Assembly: GCA_963674865.2 (NCBI GenBank)
Contig: CAXXYE010000001.1
Location: 352,001 to 416,000 of the forward strand
Length of the DNA: 64,000 nt
Reading direction: 5' to 3'
Source: Candidatus Hydrogenedentota bacterium
Lineage (GTDB): Bacteria; Hydrogenedentota; Hydrogenedentia; Hydrogenedentales; SLHB01
Shown here: one piece after another, positions 39,475 to 47,147 of the stretch
Position numbering within the stretch: position 1 is the first letter of the stretch
Layout: the number at the start of each line of letters is the position of its first letter
Position numbers and translations under genes: made by a program
Notes under the pieces: model-generated
Database searches by the model: none
What the model saw: only the letters and a program-made list of their open reading frames with translations
What the model was told of the DNA's origin: nothing

Positions 39475-41079
39475 ATGCGAGAGCTGTGGGCCGATGTGGT
39501 GATAGTTGGAGGCGGGGTGGGGGGATGTGCGGCGGCGCTGGCGGCGGCGCGCAACGGCCAGCAGGTCGTGATGACTGAGGAGACCGACTGGATTGGCGGT
39601 CAACTCACGGCGCAAGCCGTGCCGCCGGACGAGCATCGGTGGATCGAAACACATGGCGGGACAAGGGCTTACAAGGAATACCGCACGCGGGTGCGTGACT
39701 ATTACCGGCGGAACTATCCACTGACGGCGGCCGCGCGGGCCGATGAGCGTTTGAACCCCGGGAACGGGGGCGTGTCCGCGCTGTGCCACGAGCCGCGCGT
39801 GGCGCTGGCGGTGCTATGGGAGATGTTGGCGCCTTATCTCGGCAGCGGGCGTGTCCGGGTCCTGCTGCGTCATCAGGCGGTCGAGGCAGCGATAGACGGA
39901 GACGAGGTGACGGGGGTCACAGTGCGGAACCTCGATACAGGGGCTGAGATAGGGCTACAAGGCACGTACTACCTTGATGCAACTGAACTTGGGGATCTGC
40001 TGCCGCTGACGGGCACTGAATACGTGACGGGGGCGGAATCGCGGAGCGAGACGGGTGAGCCCCATGCACCGGATGAGGCACAACCGCATAATGTACAAGC
40101 GTTTACGTACTGCTTCGCCATGGATTATCTTGAGGGCGAGAATCACGTCATCGACAAACCGCGCGACTATGACTTCTGGCGCTCCTATGTTCCCGAACTC
40201 ACCCCGCCGTGGCCCGGCAAGCTCCTGGACTGGACGGCAACCCATCCCACCACGCTCGAACCAAGGACGAAGCGTTTCGATCCGCTCCATGAGACGCGTG
40301 AGAACCGCGGATTGTGGATCTTCCGCCGGATCGCCGGTCGCTCGAACTTCACGGAGGGGTTCTACCGGAGCGATATCTGCCTGGTGAACTGGCCGCAAAT
40401 CGACTACTGGCTGGGCGATATCATCGAGGCGAGTGAGGCGGAGAGGACGCTGCATCTCGAGCGGGCCAAACAACTTAGCCTGTCCATGCTCTACTGGATG
40501 CAGACGGAGGCGCCGCGGCCCGACGGGGGCACGGGGTGGCCGGGACTCCGGCTCCGGAGGGACATCGTCGACACGGCCGATGGGCTGGCGAAATACCCCT
40601 ACATCCGGGAATCGCGCCGCATCCGGGCGGAGTTTACGGTGGTCGAGCAACACGTTGGCGTGGACGCGCGGATGGCCGCAACCGGCCGGGAGCGGGAGGG
40701 GCTGGCGGCCGAATCGTTCGCGGACTCCGTGGGTGTGGGGAGTTACCGGATTGACCTGCATCCGAGTTCGAGCGGGGACAACTATATCGACATCGATTCG
40801 CTCCGGTTCCAGATTCCCCTCGGGGCGCTGATTCCCCGGCGCGTGGAGAACCTGCTGCCAGCCTGCAAGAACCTGGGCGTCACGCATATCACCAACGGCT
40901 GCTACCGCCTGCACCCGGTGGAGTGGAACATCGGGGAGTCGGCCGGGTCGCTCGCGGCGTTCTGCCTAGAAAGAAAGGCCGTGCCGCGGCAGGTGAGGAA
41001 CACGCCCGCGCTGCTCAACGAGTTCCAGGCGTTTCTTGCGGGGCAGGGCGTTGAACTTGCCTGGCCGGAGGAGGCGTAA
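39475..41079 (+). CDS. FAD-dependent oxidoreductase (FAD_oxidored family)
   Basis: VVIVGGGVGG, EETDWIGGQLT, DATELGDL, YIRESRRI, FQIPLGALIP and YRLHPVEWNIGE. Confidence 0.9.
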   Translation: MRELWADVVIVGGGVGGCAAALAAARNGQQVVMTEETDWIGGQLTAQAVPPDEHRWIETHGGTRAYKEYRTRVRDYYRRNYPLTAAARADERLNPGNGGVSALCHEPRVALAVLWEMLAPYLGSGRVRVLLRHQAVEAAIDGDEVTGVTVRNLDTGAEIGLQGTYYLDATELGDLLPLTGTEYVTGAESRSETGEPHAPDEAQPHNVQAFTYCFAMDYLEGENHVIDKPRDYDFWRSYVPELTPPWPGKLLDWTATHPTTLEPRTKRFDPLHETRENRGLWIFRRIAGRSNFTEGFYRSDICLVNWPQIDYWLGDIIEASEAERTLHLERAKQLSLSMLYWMQTEAPRPDGGTGWPGLRLRRDIVDTADGLAKYPYIRESRRIRAEFTVVEQHVGVDARMAATGREREGLAAESFADSVGVGSYRIDLHPSSSGDNYIDIDSLRFQIPLGALIPRRVENLLPACKNLGVTHITNGCYRLHPVEWNIGESAGSLAAFCLERKAVPRQVRNTPALLNEFQAFLAGQGVELAWPEEA

Positions 41080-41150
41080 TTGAGCATTGTGTCCCCAAGA
41101 TTGCGTAGCCGCCTTGAGATTGTTCTGCATGGTTCGAGGGGATGTGCCCT

Positions 41151-41615
41151 ATGACAGACTCTCTAGACGAGGACGCAAGGGAGAGTGCAGACATGCAGCA
41201 GAAAGAGATCTCCGGCTGGCGCGTTGTCGGCTCTGTATATGCATTCATTCACCTATGCTATCTGGTGAGAGCATGCTCTGAACTCTTCTTCGGACTTGCA
41301 GACCCGCATGATCCTGCTGGTCGAATGATACTTAGAGATCAAGTTGTCGTGGCATTTCCTCTTTCGCTAATTCTGGCGCTGGCTATCTGGGCCTTGATTA
41401 CCAAGGCTGTGGGAGGGCGCTGGCAAGTGTTCTTCTTGCTTATAGCTGGAGTTGTCTGTTTGGACCTTGTGTCGAATTTCCTTAGTCTGTCGATTGGGGG
41501 GGCTCTGGTACTTGAAGGCGCGATGTTCCTACTGATGTCAATGGCCGTTGCTGCTGTCCGTCCAAGTGTGATGCCAAAAGGCAGGGAGAGTGGAGGCACG
41601 TCAGGGGGAAAATGA
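41151..41615 (+). CDS. Hypothetical membrane protein with about 4 TM helices (cargo 1)
   Basis: Open frame with hydrophobic segments and visibly lower GC than its flanks. No family recognised. Confidence 0.6.
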   Translation: MTDSLDEDARESADMQQKEISGWRVVGSVYAFIHLCYLVRACSELFFGLADPHDPAGRMILRDQVVVAFPLSLILALAIWALITKAVGGRWQVFFLLIAGVVCLDLVSNFLSLSIGGALVLEGAMFLLMSMAVAAVRPSVMPKGRESGGTSGGK

Positions 41616-41648
41616 AGGGGAAAATAAAAGGACAGACTACGAATTAAG

Positions 41649-41683
41649 TTGAATCTCCTGCCCGAAGGCGCTACACTCGGGTC
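41649..41683 (+). promoter_or_regulatory. Predicted sigma70 promoter for a leaderless RAYT-1 transcript
   Basis: TTGAAT-17 bp-TACACT-6 nt-ATG, with no Shine-Dalgarno. Same geometry in copy 2. Confidence 0.65.
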
Positions 41684-42391
41684 ATGAGTCGGGTAGCGCG
41701 AGTGGTGGTACCGGGGTTTGCTCACCACGTTACGCAACGGGGGAATCGGCGGGCCGACGTGTTTGAGACCGACGGGGACCGCAAGGCCTATCTCGGATAT
41801 CTGAAGAGGTACGGTGACAAGCACGGCCTTGAGGTGTGGGCGTACTGTCTGATGACGAATCACATTCACCTGGTGGTGGTTCCGAGGCGGGCGGATTCCC
41901 TGGGCCTGACGCTACGCGACGCCCACACGGTATACGCCATGCACTTCAACGGGCGCACGCATATGACCGGTCACGTCTGGCAGGGGCGTTTCTGCTCGTG
42001 CCCGCTGGACGAGACGCACCTGTGGGCGGCGGTTCGGTACGTCGAGCGCAATCCGGTGCGGGCGGGCTTGGTCGAGCGCGCGGAGGAGTACGCGTGGTCC
42101 AGCGCGGCGGCCCATTGCGGTTTGCGGCCGGACGGCGTATTATCTGAGGAGTTCCCCCCGGCGGGCGTGATACAGGACTGGCGCGCATGGCTGCACGAAG
42201 GCGAAGAGGATGATAGCGTCGAGCGCATTCGCCGCGACACGAAGACCGGACGGCCCTGCGGCTCGGCATCGTTCCTTGTCCAACTGGAGCACCTTCTCCG
42301 CCGGACCTTGCGTCCTGGCACACGCGGCCGCAAACCAAAGTCCCGACTGGATTCAGCACGGCCGCCTGGAAAGAAGCGGAGAAATTCGTAG
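41684..42391 (+). CDS. REP-associated tyrosine transposase (Y1 HUH, RAYT) copy 1
   Basis: HHVTQRGN, YCLMTNHIHL (HUH), WQGRF, catalytic Tyr in RYVERNPVRAG, and YAWSS. Confidence 0.92.
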   Translation: MSRVARVVVPGFAHHVTQRGNRRADVFETDGDRKAYLGYLKRYGDKHGLEVWAYCLMTNHIHLVVVPRRADSLGLTLRDAHTVYAMHFNGRTHMTGHVWQGRFCSCPLDETHLWAAVRYVERNPVRAGLVERAEEYAWSSAAAHCGLRPDGVLSEEFPPAGVIQDWRAWLHEGEEDDSVERIRRDTKTGRPCGSASFLVQLEHLLRRTLRPGTRGRKPKSRLDSARPPGKKRRNS

Positions 42392-42492
42392 TCTGTCCCT
42401 TTATTTCCCCCTTTATTTCCCTCAAGGAACACGTGTCCTCTTGAGGTGAGTGAGAGCATCAGAAGCTGCAGGTACACAACTAAGGCCAAGTC

Positions 42493-43074
42493 TTGAACAA
42501 GACACAGCGGAGATTCTGGGCGGCAGGCGGCCTCGCCATCGCATCGGTGCTCGTTGGCGCCGGACTTGCCTCATTGGGCTCCAGGCAGACCAGTCCGATG
42601 CTACCTCCCTTCCTGCGGATCCCGTGTACGATTCTGATAGCCTGTGGTGCTGGGACAGGGCTTTCTGCCGTGCGGAGTTCAGCGCGGCAGCGGAGACTTG
42701 TGTTGGGCCTCGGGCTTTATGGATGGGCGGCCTTGCTTTATTCTGCAGCAGGAGGCCCGTTTCTGACATGTTGGCCCATCTTTGCCGTCGCATTGGGCTC
42801 ACTCCCCGGTGTAGTGTTGGCTGGGAGATTTCTTCTGTCTAGGGATCGGGAGCCCTCACGGCGAAGGATGCCTGAGATTTTCGGAAGACTGTTCGCCGCG
42901 CTTTGCGTTGCTATGGGCACTTGCTCTCTGCTGGAGGGCGGCAAACCGAAGGCGCTTGCCCTGCTGCTATCTCTGCCCCTCATCGGGCTCGGGCTTTGTG
43001 GACTCATATTCATTGAGGATTCTGTGAAGCGACATGGCGTGGAGAATAGAGGAGGAATGCGGGAGAATCTATGA
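42493..43074 (+). CDS. Hypothetical membrane protein with about 6 TM helices (cargo 2)
   Basis: TTG start, hydrophobic helices and atypical codon use. Unrelated to cargo 1. Confidence 0.6.
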   Translation: MNKTQRRFWAAGGLAIASVLVGAGLASLGSRQTSPMLPPFLRIPCTILIACGAGTGLSAVRSSARQRRLVLGLGLYGWAALLYSAAGGPFLTCWPIFAVALGSLPGVVLAGRFLLSRDREPSRRRMPEIFGRLFAALCVAMGTCSLLEGGKPKALALLLSLPLIGLGLCGLIFIEDSVKRHGVENRGGMRENL

Positions 43075-43106
43075 TAGGGAAATATAGGGACAGACTACGA
43101 ATTACC

Positions 43107-43141
43107 TTGACTGCCCTGCCCTCGGGTGCTAGGCTCGGGCT
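43107..43141 (+). promoter_or_regulatory. Predicted sigma70 promoter for a leaderless RAYT-2 transcript
   Basis: TTGACT-17 bp-(TGn)TAGGCT-6 nt-ATG. Confidence 0.65.
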
Positions 43142-43846
43142 ATGGGTCGGGTGGCACGAGTGGTGGTACCGGGGTTTGCCCACCACGTGACGCAACGGGG
43201 GAATCGGCGGGCCGACGTGTTCGAGACCGATGGGGACCGCGAGGCCTATCTCGGATACTTGAAGAAGTACGGGGACAAGTACGGCCTTGAGGTTTGGGCA
43301 TACTGTTTGATGACGAATCACATTCACCTGGTGGCGGTGCCGAGACGGGCGGTTTCCCTGGGCCTTACGCTACGGGACGCCCACACGGTATACGCCATGT
43401 ACTTCAACGGCCGCACGCACATGACCGGGCACGTCTGGCAGGGGCGTTTCTACTCGTGCCCGTTGGACGAGACGCACCTGTGGGCAGCGGTTCGCTACGT
43501 CGAGCGCAATCCGGTGCGGGCGGGCTTGGTCGAGCGGGCGGAGGAGTACGCGTGGTCGAGCGCGGCCGGGCATTGCGCATTGCGGCCAGACGGTGTATTA
43601 TCCCAGGAGTTCCCCCCGGCGGGCGTGATACAGGACTGGCGCGCATGGCTGCACGAAGGCGAAGAGGATGATAGCGTCGAGCGCATTCGCCGCTACACCA
43701 AGACGGGACGGCCCTGCGGCTCGGCATCGTTCCTTGATCAACTTGAGCACCTTCTCACTCGCACGTTGCGTCCGGGCAAACGCGGTCGGAAACGCAAGTC
43801 CCCAACGCGTTCCCAACAGGCCCCGAAACAAGGGCTTAATTCGTAG
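43142..43846 (+). CDS. REP-associated tyrosine transposase (RAYT) copy 2
   Basis: Same motifs as copy 1. About 16 differences in the first ~220 aa by manual count, and a different C-terminal tail. Confidence 0.92.
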   Translation: MGRVARVVVPGFAHHVTQRGNRRADVFETDGDREAYLGYLKKYGDKYGLEVWAYCLMTNHIHLVAVPRRAVSLGLTLRDAHTVYAMYFNGRTHMTGHVWQGRFYSCPLDETHLWAAVRYVERNPVRAGLVERAEEYAWSSAAGHCALRPDGVLSQEFPPAGVIQDWRAWLHEGEEDDSVERIRRYTKTGRPCGSASFLDQLEHLLTRTLRPGKRGRKRKSPTRSQQAPKQGLNS

Positions 43847-44018
43847 TCTGTCCCTGAAATTCGCCCTGAAATTCGCCGTCCCTGAAATTCGCCTATTTCT
43901 CATTGCTGAATTCTGAGGGAACATGATGGGAATTCCGGGGGATAGAGTCTTCGATTGCTTCCACGTAGATCCCTCAACCGCGGTCGTGTGCTCTTGTGTG
44001 GGATGGGCCGGGGAGGTG

Positions 44019-44417
44019 CTACTCGGCGGGTATGATCTCGATCCAGGCTTTCCGGGTGCGGGGGCCGTCGAATTCGGCGAAGTAGATGGATTGCCATGTG
44101 CCGAAGGCCAGGCGGCCGCCCTCGATGGGCACGGTGACGCTGAATCCCATGAGGCTGGCCTTGACGTGGGCGGCGGAGTTGCCTTCGCCGTGGGCGTAGT
44201 TCCCTTGCCAAGGGATGAGTCGATCCAGCACGGCTTTGATGTCGCGCACGACGTCGGGGTCGGCGTTTTCGTTGATGGTGATTCCGGCGGTGGTGTGGGG
44301 GACGAAGACATGGCAGACGCCGTGCGCAACGCCCGATTCTTCGACGACGCGCTGGACTTCGCGGTCGATGTTGACGAATTGGCAGTGTTCTTTGGTGCGA
44401 ACGGTGAGTTGTTTCAT
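44019..44417 (-). CDS. yjbQ: YjbQ/UPF0047 family protein
   Basis: FVPHTTAGITINENADPDV, HGEGNSAAHVKASL and GTWQSIYFAEFDGPR. Confidence 0.92.
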   Translation of the reverse strand: MKQLTVRTKEHCQFVNIDREVQRVVEESGVAHGVCHVFVPHTTAGITINENADPDVVRDIKAVLDRLIPWQGNYAHGEGNSAAHVKASLMGFSVTVPIEGGRLAFGTWQSIYFAEFDGPRTRKAWIEIIPAE

Positions 44418-44440
44418 GTTGGTAGTCTCTCCTTGGGAAA

Positions 44441-44693
44441 GGACCTGGGACAGTACCGTCTGCGTCCGCCTACGGCGGACTCCGCTTGGGACAGTCCCGG
44501 TGTTTCGCTCAACCTCTGGGGCGAATGCGATTTCTTCAACAGCTCCACAGTCCCGTCTCGTCCGCCTGCGGCGGACTCGCTTGGGACAGGCCGCTGCTTC
44601 TGTATTCTCTGTGGCTGCTCGATGTCGACTATTGGGGAAATCAGGGACAGACACGTCTTAGCTTCGCTTCGCTTGTGTCAGTCCCCGATTTCC
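44441..44693. repeat. Composite repeat cluster: two type-B GGGACAGTCCC palindromes, half of the MITE and an intact type-A palindrome
   Basis: 44441-44550 is close to the reverse complement of 1991-2100. Type-A arms GGAAATCAGGGACAGACAC (44636-44654) and GTGTCAGTCCCCGATTTCC (44675-44693) match at 17/19. Confidence 0.8.
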
Positions 44694-44724
44694 GCCGAGC
44701 CGCGTCCTTGCATGCCGTGAGTTG

Positions 44725-46422
44725 TTAGAACTCCATGTTATTGAGGTTCCTGAGGCCGAGGCGCATGGGCACGATCATTCCGAGGCCGCTTACGACGGTT
44801 ACGAGTACGAGCACGCCGCCCAAGGCCCACCAGAATGCCGCGGGATTCTGGAAGAGGCCGAGGACGCGCCAATTGAGTACGAGCGTTTGCGCGCCTACGA
44901 CCACGGCGACGTAGGCGACGCTGAGTACGAAGTTCAGGGTGCCGCCCATTCCCGATACGATGCGCGCGGGATTTTCTTCGTGAAAATTGGGATACAGCGT
45001 CCCGAGGCCCACGGCCAATCCGGCGAGGCCGAAGTTCGTGATGCAGACGCTGTATACGGAGAGGATGAAGTAGATCGAATTGAGTTTGAGCATGATGCCG
45101 GAGAGGACAACCAGGCCGACGGTGAAGGTGGAGGTTGTGGCGACGCTGAGCCAGAACTTCTGCCAGACGATGCGGCGGAATGAGATGGGCGCCAGGCCGA
45201 GCACCCAGAAGCGGCGTCCCTCGAGGCTCACGAGGGGAAAGACAAACCGGCTCGTCAGCGTGGCCAGGATGAGTGTGCACGCGCCGATGTTCAGGCAGGC
45301 GACCCAGTTGCGCCAGAAGTCGTTTTCGGTGTACATCCGCGCGTTGCGGAGGTTGGCGATGTATACGGCCATGATTCCGAAGAAGATGACGAACTGCGAC
45401 CACTGGGTCGGGTCGCGCCAGAAGAGTTTGATGTCTTTGATGACAAGCACGCGGGTGGGATTGGGCAGCCGGTGCAAGAGCGAGTCCAAACGCCCGAGAA
45501 TGCCTTTGCCCAAGGGCCGCAGGCGTTTTCGGTCCTGCCCTTGGAGGAACGACCAGCCGGGGTAGAAGAGCCGCGAGGCCACCTCGATGGCCATCCAGGT
45601 GGCCATCAAGGCGTTGGATAGAAGCAGCAGGAACTGGAAAAGGCATTCGCCGAGGTTGCCCGTTGCGGCGGCCAGAATCCCTCGCGAGGTCCAGAAGCTC
45701 GGAAGGAATGGGGACTGCGTCTGGGCGGAGGCATCGAGCAGTACGGGGAGGAAGTTCTCTTCGGATAGGCGATCCGCGCTCAACTTGATCCTTACGTACA
45801 CGAAGAAGAGCCCGAGGACTACAGCGGCCAGGAGCGCGAGCGTCTTCGGGCGCAGGCGTGGAAAGATCCGTGCGAGAACCAGGGTGAGCAGGCTTCCCGT
45901 CGCGGCGGGCAGCAATACGAAGGGCGGATAGAACGCGGCCGAGGCGACGTAGAACGCGGGGCCTGCGCCGTTCACGAGGCCGTAGGCCAGAATCATGGGC
46001 GAGCCAAGGTACGCGAGTGCCCATGAACTGAAGACGATGCACTCGGCGAATCGCGCCACGAAGAGCGTTCGGTAGGACATGGGACTTTGGACGAGGTACG
46101 CGACTTCGCGGGATCGGTAGAGGGTGGAGAAGGCCACCAGGACATTCGAGAAGATGAGCATGAAGAACACGGCCAGCGTCAGCACCGACAGCATGCGCGC
46201 CATGATGACGTCGCCGATAGTGAGGGCGAAATCGCCGGCGGTTCCCCCGAAGCGGGCCAGCCAGCCGAATCCTTCGAAGAATACGCCAAACACGAAGAGC
46301 CAGAGGCCGATGGCGGAAATGCTGATGACGGCTACCTTCAGCCTGGACTCGTTCCGCACGGAGGCGACGGCGTGCACGCCCATGCGCAGCTTCACCCAGG
46401 CAATCGTGGCGACCTGGCTCAC
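44725..46422 (-). CDS. Putative ABC exporter permease
   Basis: More than 10 TM helices, KDIKLFWRDPTQWSQ and FPLVSLEGRRFW. Overlaps the ATPase stop. Confidence 0.8.
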   Translation of the reverse strand: MSQVATIAWVKLRMGVHAVASVRNESRLKVAVISISAIGLWLFVFGVFFEGFGWLARFGGTAGDFALTIGDVIMARMLSVLTLAVFFMLIFSNVLVAFSTLYRSREVAYLVQSPMSYRTLFVARFAECIVFSSWALAYLGSPMILAYGLVNGAGPAFYVASAAFYPPFVLLPAATGSLLTLVLARIFPRLRPKTLALLAAVVLGLFFVYVRIKLSADRLSEENFLPVLLDASAQTQSPFLPSFWTSRGILAAATGNLGECLFQFLLLLSNALMATWMAIEVASRLFYPGWSFLQGQDRKRLRPLGKGILGRLDSLLHRLPNPTRVLVIKDIKLFWRDPTQWSQFVIFFGIMAVYIANLRNARMYTENDFWRNWVACLNIGACTLILATLTSRFVFPLVSLEGRRFWVLGLAPISFRRIVWQKFWLSVATTSTFTVGLVVLSGIMLKLNSIYFILSVYSVCITNFGLAGLAVGLGTLYPNFHEENPARIVSGMGGTLNFVLSVAYVAVVVGAQTLVLNWRVLGLFQNPAAFWWALGGVLVLVTVVSGLGMIVPMRLGLRNLNNMEF

Positions 46423-47147
46423 GCGTCCTCTCCCTTAGTGAGTTCTAGAAAGACATCCTCGAGGGAGCCGGGGCTCTGGGAGAGGGCCTTGATGGCGTCG
46501 AGGGTGCCGACGTGGAGCAGGCGGCCCCGGTGGATGATTCCGATGCGCTCCGCCACGTTCTCGATGATGCTCAGGCTGTGCGTGGACATGAAGACTGTAG
46601 TGCCGTTGCGCGTCTTCTCTTTGAGGAAATCCTTGACGAAGCGGATGTTCTTCGGATCGAGGCCCACCCACGGCTCGTCGACGACGGCCACTTTCGGATC
46701 GTGGAGAAAGCACGAAGCGAAGGAGAGCTTCTGGCGCATTCCGTGGCTGTAATCCTCGACGAGTTGGTCGCCCACCTCGCGGATTTCAAAGAGTTCGAGC
46801 AGCTCCTCGCATTTCGCGGCGAGATGGTCCTCCGGCATGCGGTAGAGGCCCGCCACGAAGCGCATGAATTCGCGGCCCGTGAGTTTTTCGTAGAGAAAGG
46901 GCGCGTCGGGAATATAGCCGATGAGTGCTTTGGCCTCGAGAGGGGACTGCTGGATGTCGAAGCCGCGGATGAAGGCGCGGCCTTGCGTGGGCTTGATAAG
47001 GCCGGTGAGCATCCTGATGGTGGTGGTTTTCCCGGCGCCGTTGGGGCCTAGAAAACAGAAGAATTCGCCTTCATGGACCTCGAGGTCCAATGAGTTCACG
47101 GCGACTTTCGGCCCGAAATGCTTGGTGAGGTTTTCCGTGCGAATCAT
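46419..47147 (-). CDS. ABC transporter ATP-binding protein
   Basis: Walker A GPNGAGKTT, signature YSHGMRQK, Walker B VVDEP and H-loop STH. Confidence 0.95.
   Translation of the reverse strand: MIRTENLTKHFGPKVAVNSLDLEVHEGEFFCFLGPNGAGKTTTIRMLTGLIKPTQGRAFIRGFDIQQSPLEAKALIGYIPDAPFLYEKLTGREFMRFVAGLYRMPEDHLAAKCEELLELFEIREVGDQLVEDYSHGMRQKLSFASCFLHDPKVAVVDEPWVGLDPKNIRFVKDFLKEKTRNGTTVFMSTHSLSIIENVAERIGIIHRGRLLHVGTLDAIKALSQSPGSLEDVFLELTKGEDA

Larger units (their letters stand above)
41605..42420 (+). mobile_element. RAYT-type element copy 1 with inverted ends
   Basis: GGGGAAAATAAAAGGACAGACTACGAATT (41617-41645) is inverted relative to AATTCGTAGTCTGTCCCTTTATTTCCCC (42383-42410). Confidence 0.85.
43075..43893 (+). 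mobile_element. RAYT-type element copy 2 with inverted ends
   Basis: Perfect 17-bp inverted repeat: GGGACAGACTACGAATT (43087-43103) and AATTCGTAGTCTGTCCC (43838-43854). Confidence 0.85.

Noticed and set aside
43852..43893. CCCTGAAATTCG x3 as a mini-CRISPR
   Set aside because: Units are 12 bp and essentially contiguous, with no spacers. Treated as end reiterations instead.
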